Numbered from the stretch's first letter, positions 1-13,191 are shown. The stretch is DNA of 35,789 bases from Deferrisomatales bacterium (GCA_033551855.1 JAWSUI010000039.1:1-35789); one strand, 5' to 3'. Program-made: numbers and translations. The notes: a model not told the origin generated them from the sequence alone.

Positions 1-76
1 CGTGGGGGTCAGTTCTTCGTGATCACAAAGGGGTCAGTTCCGGTGAGCGCCCGGGGACCCATGACGTTGCGAAGAT

Positions 77-2973
<2,897 letters not shown>

Positions 2974-3033
2974 ACTAATTCCACCTCGCTGAAATGACTG
3001 GTTTATTTGAGCTGTGAAAACTGTACCAAGACG
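2974..3033 (-). promoter_or_regulatory. CRISPR leader (short, AT-rich)
   Basis: AT-rich 60 bp between the cas2 stop and the first repeat. The minus strand reads TTGGTACAGTTTT...AAATAAACCAGTCATTT, resembling the TTGGTAG(A)TTTT and IHF-like elements of I-E leaders. Confidence 0.8.
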
Positions 3034-4246
<1,213 letters not shown>

Positions 4247-4268
4247 TTCACACGACCGCGAACTGGCG

Positions 4269-4583
4269 TCAGCCCGGCCACGCACGCGGGGGTCTTCGCC
4301 GACCCCACGTGCCCGGCCGACGCGAGGTGTGTAGGACCGCCAACACTGTGACCACGTCGTTCTCGAACAGGTAGAAGATTGCGTAGGGGAAACGTCGGGT
4401 GAGAGCCCTCCTCACCGCGGCCCAGGCTCGGGGGTGGCGAAGCGGTTCCTCCGCAATCGCTTCCAGCGCCCGATCGACTGCCTCGACGAACTCGGTGCCG
4501 AGTCCTCTCCACTGGTCTTCGTACCAGCCTGCGGCCTCCGAGACATCCGCTTCGGCCTCGGGGCGGATCACCAACCGCGGCAT
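4269..4583 (-). CDS. RelE/ParE-family type II toxin
   Basis: 104 aa with the RelE/ParE plasmid-stabilisation pattern IRPEAEADV..WYE..GLG.EF..RRFPYAIFY..VLAVLHTSRRP..W. Its start overlaps the antitoxin stop. Confidence 0.9.
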   Translation of the reverse strand: MPRLVIRPEAEADVSEAAGWYEDQWRGLGTEFVEAVDRALEAIAEEPLRHPRAWAAVRRALTRRFPYAIFYLFENDVVTVLAVLHTSRRPGTWGRRRPPRAWPG

Positions 4584-4804
4584 CAGAGGCTCGACAAGAT
4601 GCGCTTCTTCACTTCGGGCCAGGGCGATCCCTGTTCCGGGTTCTTCTCGTAGGCGGCCAGGCGGCGATCGATCTCCTCCGACTGCTCACGTGTCAGTTCC
4701 ACGGCTTCCGGCACTTCGACGACGCTGTCCCAGATCTCCTGGGCCAGACGAATGCGGTCCGGTACGCTGAGCCGCAGAACGTCGGCAACTGTCACGGTCG
4801 GCAT
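4583..4804 (-). CDS. Addiction-module antitoxin (TIGR02574-like)
   Basis: 73 aa, LSVPDRIRLAQEIWDSV..EIDRRLAAY..P..GSPWPEVK. Directly upstream of and coupled to the toxin. Confidence 0.88.
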   Translation of the reverse strand: MPTVTVADVLRLSVPDRIRLAQEIWDSVVEVPEAVELTREQSEEIDRRLAAYEKNPEQGSPWPEVKKRILSSL

Positions 4805-4910
4805 GTTTGCACCCCTTTGGTGTCAAGCTCTCTCGTCGCCATGAGGTCATGACTCACGGGACCTCTCCTTCTTGAACCGTGCTCGCGTGGGCTTCCAGAT
4901 GCCGCATCCA

Positions 4911-5597
4911 TCATACCCGCCGAATCAGCATCAGCCCACACCCGAAGCCCTTGGCAGGGCCAATGCCATCTCGGAGTTGTTCAACAAAACGGATCGGGTC
5001 GACGACCTCGAGCACTCCGGCGAAGTCCACCGTGCTGAGGCGCACAGGGCTGCCCCCCTTCTTCCAGAACTCGTGCTGGCGGTAACTGTCGGCTCGCACG
5101 CTCTCGACCCGAAAGCCGCCCTTCTCGGCCCTCTCACCGAGCCACCTTCCGCTGGCCTCCTGCACGAGCTCCGCCTCCGTGGGCCACTCGCCTCGGGCGA
5201 CGCCCTTGGTCTTGAGGCGATACTTGGCCTCCATGACGACGTCGTGGCGCTTTCGTTTCTTCGGGTTCGGATCCGGGGTTTCGGGTCTCCGCGTCACGAC
5301 GGGATTCGCGCGCAGTTGAAAGCCGAGGAGCATGCCTGCGCACAGGCGGGGGGCGAACGGCTTGCTCTCGGCCTGCCAGAGCTCGCTGCCCTCGGCCAGC
5401 GGCCGGGCGGACAGGGCGTAGACCACCGGCGGCCCGGCGCCCTCGGTCACCTGGTACAGGAAGTCCCGCTCGCGGTCCGGGTGGTCGCCAAACAGCCCCC
5501 ACACCGCTTTGTGTAGCGAGTAGGAACTTCGAAATGCGCTCCAGAACGCGCCTGCCCGCCCGGCGTCGGGGCGGACGGTGATCCGGCTGAAGAACAT
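4911..5597 (-). CDS. cas6e: Cas6e (Cse3) crRNA-processing endoribonuclease
   Basis: YSLHKAVWGLF, RDFLY, FQLRANPV and the glycine-rich C-terminal GIGPAKGFGCGLMLI. Confidence 0.96.
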   Translation of the reverse strand: MFFSRITVRPDAGRAGAFWSAFRSSYSLHKAVWGLFGDHPDRERDFLYQVTEGAGPPVVYALSARPLAEGSELWQAESKPFAPRLCAGMLLGFQLRANPVVTRRPETPDPNPKKRKRHDVVMEAKYRLKTKGVARGEWPTEAELVQEASGRWLGERAEKGGFRVESVRADSYRQHEFWKKGGSPVRLSTVDFAGVLEVVDPIRFVEQLRDGIGPAKGFGCGLMLIRRV

Positions 5598-5600
5598 GGC

Positions 5601-6341
5601 TCACCCCTCCTCGGTCAGCGGCGCGTGGTGCTCGCGGCGGACGTCGAACTGCCATCGGCGGCGAGACAGCGGCACGTCCCGGCGTTCGAAGGTGTGGCGG
5701 GGTTCCAGCCCGGCCTCGGCGCCGTCCTCCCAGTACAGCGCCGGCGACCCCGAGGCGGGCAACTGGCCCACACCCTCGACCTCGGCGAACCGCGCCGCCT
5801 CGAACGCCGCCCGGATCGAGGTCGCGCCCACGACCTGTGGTTCCAGCGGCAGGGCCAGGGGGCAAGACTTCCGGCCCAGGTAGAGCACGTACCCGGGCCG
5901 CTCCAGGGCGTCGCGGATCGTCCCCAGGGGGAAGGGGGCATCATGCGCCCTGACCCAGAGCGCGACGGCGGTGACGGCGTCCATCCGGTAGTCGCGGCGG
6001 GACAGGATGGTGTTCAGGGCTTCGCGCCGCAGCGTGCACAACTCGTCTCGCCGTGTGGCGAAGGTCCTCCGGTTCCTGCCAGTTCCCGACGGCGGCACCT
6101 GTACCGTATGGTAGTCCACCAGGGGCACGCCCATGCTGTCCACCCGTACGGCGAAGCCGTAGCCCCGGGCCAGGGCGTGGTGCGTGGCCTCCTGCTCCCG
6201 GTCGACCCGGAGGGCCGCGGCCACCAATCCCAATATGGCGGACTTGGAGGGGTGGGTAGCGCTCGGCCGCACCTCGCCCACGGCGATGTCGCCCCAGGAA
6301 GCCAGGGGGCCGTAGAGTCGGAAGACGAGGTAGTCCGTCAT
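5601..6341 (-). CDS. cas5: Cas5e (CasD)
   Basis: YLVFRLYGPLASWG, PSKSAILGLVAAAL, DYHTVQ, YLGRKSCP. Confidence 0.96.
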   Translation of the reverse strand: MTDYLVFRLYGPLASWGDIAVGEVRPSATHPSKSAILGLVAAALRVDREQEATHHALARGYGFAVRVDSMGVPLVDYHTVQVPPSGTGRNRRTFATRRDELCTLRREALNTILSRRDYRMDAVTAVALWVRAHDAPFPLGTIRDALERPGYVLYLGRKSCPLALPLEPQVVGATSIRAAFEAARFAEVEGVGQLPASGSPALYWEDGAEAGLEPRHTFERRDVPLSRRRWQFDVRREHHAPLTEEG

Positions 6342-7588
6342 GCCGGGTCCTTCTTCTCGGGCAGCGGCTCGGCCACGAAGTCGAGGAGCTCCGCAAGACT
6401 TCCCTCGCCCGTCGCCGCGTTCATCACGCAGGGGGGCACGTCGCTCAAGGCTCCGTAGACCTTGTCCATGTTCACTCGGGTGTCTTCAAGGACCTTGATC
6501 GCGCCGCCCAGCATGTCCTGGCCGGTCACGGGCTTCAGGAAAGCGACCGACAGGGACCGGGGTTGGCGCGTGCCTTTCTCGGCCAGGATGTACGAGGCGT
6601 AGGCGCGAGAGGCGAAGCTGTTCTGCTTGCCCGTGGGCGCCACGGTCGCGGCAGCCTCGGCCAACGCTTTCAATGTCCGCCGGGTCAGATCCTTCTCGTC
6701 CTGGAGGTTCTCGAGGAGAAGGTCCCGGTCGATGCAGACGTAGAGGTAGAAGAGACCGGCTGCGAACTCGGTCTCCCCGATGTGGCCGGCGCCCACGTCC
6801 TCGGCCCCGCTGTTCAGGTCGTCCACCGCGGTGAAGTAGTCGTCCTCGACGGCGACCTTGTGGACGGTGATGGCATGCGCTACTTGGGCAGCAGCCTCGA
6901 CATTCTTGGCCGGAGACGCGGCCAGCATTCGTCCGAACATGGCTAGATCCGCGTCGGTGTGCCTGTCCTTGGCAAGGTTCTTAATCTCTTCCTGAGCTGG
7001 GAGCTTGCGATCCTTGAGAACCCGCTTCACTAGGTTGGCGATGGCCTGGATCTCCAAAGTTGAGCAGAAGACGAGTTGCTCGCTCATGAGCGTGTCTCTG
7101 CTGACATTGCTCTTGGACTCGTCCTTCTTGCCCTTCTTCTTTCCCTTCTTGGCGTCTGGCTTCTCCTCATCTTCTGCTTCCATCTCTTCGTCGTCCGGTT
7201 CTTCGCCTTCCTTGCGAGGCTTGTCCACGAAGGCTGCCGCTATCGACCAGGCCAGGTCTCTTGCCTCGGCTTCAGCTAGGCGGCTTGATCCTGCCGGAGG
7301 TTGAGGAAAGGGCGGCAACGCCTCTCTGACCAAGTCGGACAACTCCTCTCCGGTTTGGAGTGCTCGGAACACGCAGGTACCAAGTCGTTTAGTACGCACC
7401 CCCAAGTGTCCCGACAGTGCCTCGCGTAGGGCGTCGGACGTTCTCCACGCGCGCTTCAGGCTCTGCGACGAGATTCGAAGCCGCTTCGCGCCCCCCATCA
7501 TCGCGGTCTTGGGCCGGCCGAGGTCGTCTCGGTTCAGGTTGGCCGGAGGATAGCTCGTTAGCAGATGAAGCTGGATGAAGGTGCTCAT
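6338..7588 (-). CDS. cas7: Cas7 (Cse4/CasC) backbone subunit with a charged insertion
   Basis: FIQLHLLTSYPPANLNRDDLGRPK, RISSQSLKRAWR, AMFGRMLA, DDYFTAVDD, PTGKQNSFA. Confidence 0.97.
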   Translation of the reverse strand: MSTFIQLHLLTSYPPANLNRDDLGRPKTAMMGGAKRLRISSQSLKRAWRTSDALREALSGHLGVRTKRLGTCVFRALQTGEELSDLVREALPPFPQPPAGSSRLAEAEARDLAWSIAAAFVDKPRKEGEEPDDEEMEAEDEEKPDAKKGKKKGKKDESKSNVSRDTLMSEQLVFCSTLEIQAIANLVKRVLKDRKLPAQEEIKNLAKDRHTDADLAMFGRMLAASPAKNVEAAAQVAHAITVHKVAVEDDYFTAVDDLNSGAEDVGAGHIGETEFAAGLFYLYVCIDRDLLLENLQDEKDLTRRTLKALAEAAATVAPTGKQNSFASRAYASYILAEKGTRQPRSLSVAFLKPVTGQDMLGGAIKVLEDTRVNMDKVYGALSDVPPCVMNAATGEGSLAELLDFVAEPLPEKKDPA

Positions 7589-7603
7589 GTTGTGTTTCCT
7601 CCT

Positions 7604-8128
7604 CTACTTTTCAGAAGGCATCTTGGCGTAATAGGCATAGGCCCAATCACGTTTGCTTTTTTCGTTCCACCAGAATACTGCGTTAGCTAAGCTGACCAGA
7701 TTGACGCGCCTATCAAGCAGTCTGACAACCCGAATCAGGAGTGGATAGAGTTCGTTGACGTCAGAGACCTCAAGAAGCCGCCGAAAGCGAAGGCCTCCCA
7801 CTTTGGCGTTCTTAGAGCCGGGAGCCTTCCGCGCCGCCATTTGCTCCGCGAATGAAGCGCCCTCCTCGTTAGTCTTGACGTGAGCCGCGAGCCCAGCGAT
7901 CGCAGCTAGGTTTGTGGCTCGTTCTGCGTTTGGCGAATCATCTTCCGGGAGAAGTCGGCTCAGGAGCCGATGGAAGCACGGACTGAAGGTCACCTCAGTC
8001 GGCGTAGCCGCCCGCCGCAACTCCGCCCTGCCGCCCCGGTCTTGATCCATACCCTTCCACCAGACCAAGAGGACTCTTGAAGACTCAGCGCCCTGGGCAA
8101 ACATCCGGTTTCGCTCGCTCTCAGACAT
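7604..8128 (-). CDS. cse2: Cas11 (Cse2/CasB) small subunit
   Basis: WW...DRGGRAELRRA, LRFRRLL, WAYAYY, located between cas8e and cas7. Start taken as MSESE at 8128, which overlaps the cas8e stop. Confidence 0.92.
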   Translation of the reverse strand: MSESERNRMFAQGAESSRVLLVWWKGMDQDRGGRAELRRAATPTEVTFSPCFHRLLSRLLPEDDSPNAERATNLAAIAGLAAHVKTNEEGASFAEQMAARKAPGSKNAKVGGLRFRRLLEVSDVNELYPLLIRVVRLLDRRVNLVSLANAVFWWNEKSKRDWAYAYYAKMPSEK

Positions 8129-9797
8129 TTTGTGTCTTCCCTCCTTTCTGCCGCGTCTTTCCCTTCGGCTTGTCGGGCAGCCCCAAGGTTTGTTTGAACT
8201 TCTTGCTCTGAATGGTCTTCTGCAGTGCCCGCCAGGAAAGGGCAATCCTCTTTGGGTCTGCGGCGTCAAAGTCCCCTGTCTGAGACAGATCATTGAAGAT
8301 GCTCTCCGCGGTTGCACCGAGAAACCGTCCCCATCGCTCCAAGACGGGTGCTATTTCTTCCGACGCGTCGAGCTTCGCACCCATCTCTCGAATTGACTCA
8401 AAGAACATCGCTTCTGTGAGCTGCCAAAACCGCTGATCTATGAACTTCAGGTTGCCTCGCACCTTAGTTCTTGAGTTGAACATGGCTTTCTTTATATTAT
8501 CTCGTGTTGCTTTGGCGATGAGTTCGGCGGCTTTGACCAGCGAAACCACATGGTATTCGCAGGAAGAACGGTGCTCCTCGGGGCAGCCCAGAATTGGCAT
8601 AGTGCTCTCGTACCAGCAACAGGCTTTCTTGTTGGACATCTGGTAGCCAAAGGCCCACAGGCGGACGTCGCCGTCCTTCCGAGCCAGTGCCCATCCCACC
8701 ACTGCTGAGGGCTCTCGAACCAATTTTGGTTTCCCTGGCGTCTCGGATTCAATCTTGACGCCCTGGACCAAACCAAGCCAATGCCGATATCCGACACCAC
8801 CCGCCTCCGGGTGCACAGGAAGAAACGCCCCTCCATCTTTGGAATAGTAGGGCGACAGGGGATGCTTCCATGGGCCTTCGTAGCTGATACCTTGGTCCTT
8901 GGCCCAATAGCCTTTTGTCCCCTTTGCATCCGGCTCGCCACAGAGGTCACACGCATTCCCGCAAGGAGCGGCAGCAAAGACGAGCCGTATTCTGCGAGGC
9001 ATGGCCCAGAACACTTGGTGTGGGTGGCAATCCTCGGGGGTCAGGGTGCGGTCTCCAGGTACACCACTCTTGGCCATCCAAGGGAAGGTGTCGGCACAAT
9101 CGTCCTTCTCTGGGTTTCCCGTCGAAGCAAGGAACGAGTCGTCCGTCAGCACGTTTTCCCAACATGTCCGCCACAACGTGGCCGGACTCTCGTGGTTGCC
9201 GGAGACCACCAGAGTCGTCAAAGGACCGCCGCCGCGAATCCCGGTGAAGTACCCTCGGCCACCTAGCGGCGCATTGGTCTGCAGAGTAAAGAGCGCTACG
9301 GCCGAGCAGGCTCGGCACAGGAAGCCGATCCCGCCTCGCTTCACAAAATGGTCCGTGTTGTCGCGAAGTGTCTTTCCGGTTGGGACCTCAATGAGTAGGC
9401 CGCACACAGGGAGGAGATCCCCCACCAGCTTCGATGCACCGTTGTCTTCAGGCGAGACCACTCCGTCACGGCCCACCGCGAGATCCTGAAGAAACCTGTG
9501 TTCACCCTTGTCCAGCGAGAATGCCTCGGCGATCGTCTGGAAGCGTGCTCGAAGTTCGGCTTCAGGTGGGGGTTGTCGGATGCGACGCCACCATTCGCCC
9601 CACGTCTCGGGGGGGAACGCCGTCTGAAGCAGTCCAATCAGGAACTGCACCAGCGCCCCGTTGAAATCCGGCCGGGGTGCGGCAGGCCCCACGAACGGGT
9701 CTTCCGCGAACCCATCCGTGAGTTGCCACGGCGAGATTCGCTCTACTTTGCCGCTCCGGCGGCGGGCTGGAATCCAGGCGTCTTCGATGAGATTCAT
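8121..9797 (-). CDS. cas8e: Cas8e (Cse1/CasA) large subunit
   Basis: MNLIEDAWIP start, PRPDFNGALVQFLIGLLQT, NTDHFVKRG, CxxC..ALFTLQTNAP..RGGGPLTTL, FWAMPRRIRL, CDLCG, WKHPLSPY. ATGA overlap with cas3. Confidence 0.95.
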   Translation of the reverse strand: MNLIEDAWIPARRRSGKVERISPWQLTDGFAEDPFVGPAAPRPDFNGALVQFLIGLLQTAFPPETWGEWWRRIRQPPPEAELRARFQTIAEAFSLDKGEHRFLQDLAVGRDGVVSPEDNGASKLVGDLLPVCGLLIEVPTGKTLRDNTDHFVKRGGIGFLCRACSAVALFTLQTNAPLGGRGYFTGIRGGGPLTTLVVSGNHESPATLWRTCWENVLTDDSFLASTGNPEKDDCADTFPWMAKSGVPGDRTLTPEDCHPHQVFWAMPRRIRLVFAAAPCGNACDLCGEPDAKGTKGYWAKDQGISYEGPWKHPLSPYYSKDGGAFLPVHPEAGGVGYRHWLGLVQGVKIESETPGKPKLVREPSAVVGWALARKDGDVRLWAFGYQMSNKKACCWYESTMPILGCPEEHRSSCEYHVVSLVKAAELIAKATRDNIKKAMFNSRTKVRGNLKFIDQRFWQLTEAMFFESIREMGAKLDASEEIAPVLERWGRFLGATAESIFNDLSQTGDFDAADPKRIALSWRALQKTIQSKKFKQTLGLPDKPKGKTRQKGGKTQNV

Positions 9798-12535
9798 GGG
9801 GTGTCTCCTCCCAGGTACTGGAGCCCAAATCGGGCATCGTAGCGCACGCGGACCGATCGGCCATTCCCATCGACGGCGCTTCCGACGTGGCCGTCCGACG
9901 TTTCCTCCAGGACCACCACCACGCAGTGCTTGCCCCGGTCGGGCATGGATTCCCTCGCGGCGGAAAGTGCCTCTTCTGGCAGATTGGCCGCCTCGGCGGA
10001 GATCCGGGTCCGCCGGACGGTGAGCTGGGAGAGCTGCCAGGCGTGGCGGGGATCTCCGGAGGCCCAGGGTCCCAGGCGGGCTCCTTCCCGGCGGGCCAAG
10101 CGAACCGTGGTGGTGGGGTCGCCCAGGCGCGTGGGCGCGTAGGCGTCGTCTTGCCATTGAGCGTCCTTGGCCGGGTCAAAGTATCCAGCATCAAGGTTGA
10201 GGCTGTTTAGCCGCCCCTGGGCAGACTTCGCCTTGCCTGAGCCCTCGGCCCGCAGGGTCCGCGTGGCCAGCCCCGGCGGGATGTCGTCCTGGACGTCGCT
10301 GCCGTACACCGCCTCGATCATGTTGCGGGCGTCCTCGGGCGTCGAAAAGCCCAGCCGCTCCCGCAGCCAACGGGCGGTGAGCCAGAGTTGGCCGTGATTC
10401 TCATACACCCACGCGGCCCTGGGAAAGGCGCCAGAAAACCAGCGGGCGTCGACCTCGGCCGTGGGCTCGGGCAGGAAGACGCCAAGCTCCGGCGGAGAAC
10501 GCCGGTCGCGGCCCTCGACGCGGTTGCCGGCGGCGTCCCGGGCGTGGCGCTTCAAGCGCCCGGTCCGTTGAATCAGGAGGTCGATGGGCGCAAGGTCGGA
10601 GATCATGCCGTCGAAGTCGAGGTCCAGCGACTGCTCGACGACTTGGGTGGCGATGAGCAGCCGGCCGCCGCGCTCGGCGGCCGAGCTCTCTGGACCAAAC
10701 ACCCGCAGAACCTCGGACTCCCGCGCGAGCCGGTCGCCCAGGGTGAAGCGGGCGTGAAAGAGGGTGACCCGGTCCTCGCCGAGCCGTTCTGCCCACGCAC
10801 GGTAGGCCTCCAGGGCGTCGTCCACGGTGTTTCGCACCCAGCAGGCGCAGCCTCCCGCCTCCAGCACCCGGGAGAGCATGGAGGCGACGTCCTCCTCGGA
10901 GTGGAGCAGGGGCACCGCCACGCGTCTGCGCGCGTTCGGCCTCGCTTCGATCGGGTGCTCTCGGAGCCCCTCGGCGGTGAGGTACGTCACGAGGGGGTAG
11001 GCTGTGTCCCGGAGGATCGGCCGATCGACGCCAAGCCCGTCCCCGAAGGCCCGGACCAGCTCGGCACGCGTCCGGGCGGGAAGGGTGGCCGAGAGGAGCA
11101 CGGCGCTCCCGCCGAGCGCCGCGTGGAAGCGGAGCAGGGTGCACAGGAGTTGGTTCACGTAGGCGTCGCAGGCGTGCACCTCGTCGACGACCAGCACCTT
11201 GCGGCACAGCCCGAAGAGTCGCAGGGACTGGTGGCGCGCCGCCAGTACCGCGAGCAGGGCCTGGTCGATGGTGCCCACGCCCACCTGGGCCAGGAGCGCC
11301 TTCTTCCGACTGTCGGCAAGCCAGTCGGCGCACTGGCGGGAGGCAGTCTCCTCTGCGCCGTCGGGAGCCCGAGACGCCCGGTTCTTCTCCTCCAGGTCCA
11401 GGGCCATGCGGCTCGCGCTGTGGGCCAGGACGAGGGACGCCTCGGGTCCGTCGCCGAAGAGGCCGCGGAACATCTTCTCTACGCGGCGGTGCATGGCGTT
11501 GGCCGTCGCCATGGTGGGCAGCGCGAAGTACACGCCGTCGGCGGCCCCCCGCGCCATCAGGCGGTGAGCGAGGGCCAGGGCGGCCTCCGTCTTCCCGCCT
11601 CCCGTGACCTCTTCCACGACGAAGACCTGCGGGTAGTCGGAGAGTTCCAGACGTTCGGCGAACCCTTGGAGAGGGGTAGGGACTTCGATCGCGGGGAAGA
11701 GACTGCGAAGGCCCTTCCAGGCCGACGGCTGCACGGCCGGAACGCCGCTCTCGGCCACCGCCGTCCGGGCCTGGGGCAGGGCGTGGTTGCGCCAGTAGTC
11801 CTCCAGGGGCATCGGCTCGTCCACGTAGGGGAACCACGCCTCGTTGGAGCCGATCCAGTCGGCGGCCACGGCAAGCCCCGCTGCGAGCCACGATACCCGG
11901 GGGAACGCGCGGCGGTACCGGTCGTAGTCGGTCAGGTCGAAGGGCACCCCGTCGCCCGAGAACAGGGAGAATACGTCTCGAACGAAGGCCGCCGCGTCGG
12001 CGCGAACCGCAGGGGGAAACTGGTGCGAGAGCGGCTTCGGCCAGCCGCGGAGCGCCGGGGGACGCCCGTGGTGACCGGCCGAGGCCGCGAGCCAGGGAAG
12101 GAGGAGCTCGCGAAGGTCTTCCGGATCGAGCCGTCCGGCCTCGTTCCCTGCCAGCACGTCCAGGGGCCTCGGACTGCCGTCCTTCGCGGTCAGCAGGCGG
12201 AAACCGAGCGTGTCGTGCCGCTCGTCATAGCCCGCGCTGGACGTTCGGCCCTGCAACTCTGCCAAGAGGTCCGGGCGCAAGTTCTGGAACCCGTCGCCGA
12301 GCTTGCCGACGTCGTGGGCGGCCAGGAGGGCGACGAGCCACCGCCGCAGGGCGTCTGCCTCGACGCCAAGGAACTCCGCCACCCCAGCAACGAGGGACGG
12401 CTGTGCCCTCAGAAGCTCGTCGCCAGCCGCTGCCACGTCCAGGCAGTGGTACGGCAGCATGTGGTACCTCGGCCCCTCGCCCTCGGTCCTCGCCTTGCCC
12501 CAGTACCGGAAGTACGAGCCGTGGCTGCTGCTCAT
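9794..12535 (-). CDS. cas3: Cas3 HD nuclease/SF2 helicase
   Basis: HD-domain motifs YHCLDV, HDVGK, GHHG and ADWIGS. Helicase motifs TGGGKTE, DEVH, SAT and QVVEQSLDLDFD..QRTGRL.RH. Start MSSSH at 12535. Confidence 0.97.
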   Translation of the reverse strand: MSSSHGSYFRYWGKARTEGEGPRYHMLPYHCLDVAAAGDELLRAQPSLVAGVAEFLGVEADALRRWLVALLAAHDVGKLGDGFQNLRPDLLAELQGRTSSAGYDERHDTLGFRLLTAKDGSPRPLDVLAGNEAGRLDPEDLRELLLPWLAASAGHHGRPPALRGWPKPLSHQFPPAVRADAAAFVRDVFSLFSGDGVPFDLTDYDRYRRAFPRVSWLAAGLAVAADWIGSNEAWFPYVDEPMPLEDYWRNHALPQARTAVAESGVPAVQPSAWKGLRSLFPAIEVPTPLQGFAERLELSDYPQVFVVEEVTGGGKTEAALALAHRLMARGAADGVYFALPTMATANAMHRRVEKMFRGLFGDGPEASLVLAHSASRMALDLEEKNRASRAPDGAEETASRQCADWLADSRKKALLAQVGVGTIDQALLAVLAARHQSLRLFGLCRKVLVVDEVHACDAYVNQLLCTLLRFHAALGGSAVLLSATLPARTRAELVRAFGDGLGVDRPILRDTAYPLVTYLTAEGLREHPIEARPNARRRVAVPLLHSEEDVASMLSRVLEAGGCACWVRNTVDDALEAYRAWAERLGEDRVTLFHARFTLGDRLARESEVLRVFGPESSAAERGGRLLIATQVVEQSLDLDFDGMISDLAPIDLLIQRTGRLKRHARDAAGNRVEGRDRRSPPELGVFLPEPTAEVDARWFSGAFPRAAWVYENHGQLWLTARWLRERLGFSTPEDARNMIEAVYGSDVQDDIPPGLATRTLRAEGSGKAKSAQGRLNSLNLDAGYFDPAKDAQWQDDAYAPTRLGDPTTTVRLARREGARLGPWASGDPRHAWQLSQLTVRRTRISAEAANLPEEALSAARESMPDRGKHCVVVVLEETSDGHVGSAVDGNGRSVRVRYDARFGLQYLGGDTP

Positions 12536-13137
12536 CCCATCACCCCCAGCTCCCGCAGCCGGAAGAAGCACCGGGCGCACGCCCGCACGTCGGCCAGGGA
12601 GGTGTGGGCGCCCTCGATACCCTTGCCGAAGAGCTTGCGGTGGAGCTGCTCGAGGGTGGGCCACTTGAAGCGGCCCCGCGCGCCGGGGATGCGGCAGTAG
12701 GCCGTGGATTCCTGCATGGTGCAGTGTGCGGGCCTTCGGAAGAAGGTGCGCTCGATGTCGGGCCGGGCATGGCCCAGGCGGTGGAGCTCCGCAGCGATGA
12801 CGTTTCGGTCGAAGTCCAGGTTGTGGGTGACGAGGGCGACGGAGGGCCCCTCGCCGTCGAGCGCAGCCAGAAACCGGCCCAGGGTGTCGGCAAGGGGCAG
12901 GCCTTCGGCCCTCGCCCGCTCCGTGGTGATCCCGTGCACCCGGACCGCATCGGCCGGGATGGCAAACCCCTCGGGGCGGATGAGGTGCTCTTCAGCAGCC
13001 GCTTCCCGACCGTCTTCCTCGACCACCGCCCAGGCGAGCTGGACGATGCGCGGCCAGTTGCGGGCGTGGGTGTAGGGGGCCCGGCGGTCGCGGGGGAAGC
13101 CGGTGGTCTCGGTGTCGAAGAACAGGAATCGGCTCAT
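12532..13137 (-). CDS. DEDDh (DnaQ-like) 3'-5' exonuclease
   Basis: ExoI FFDTETTG, VHGIT, ExoII THNLDFD and ExoIII AHTSLADV are all intact. Its stop overlaps the cas3 start (ATGA). Confidence 0.93.
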   Translation of the reverse strand: MSRFLFFDTETTGFPRDRRAPYTHARNWPRIVQLAWAVVEEDGREAAAEEHLIRPEGFAIPADAVRVHGITTERARAEGLPLADTLGRFLAALDGEGPSVALVTHNLDFDRNVIAAELHRLGHARPDIERTFFRRPAHCTMQESTAYCRIPGARGRFKWPTLEQLHRKLFGKGIEGAHTSLADVRACARCFFRLRELGVMG

Positions 13138-13191
13138 GCGGTCTCCCGAGGGGAAGGCGGCGGCCGGCGTGCCTCTCTTTCTATCACGGCG

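Noticed and set aside
4805..4910. Possible CreA/CreT-like RNA module: AAGGAG SD plus a GTG at 4857 opening a 21-codon ORF, and a CCCACG repeat fragment
   Set aside because: No recognisable degenerate repeat-spacer-repeat, and no tandem rare codons with a hairpin. The evidence is insufficient.
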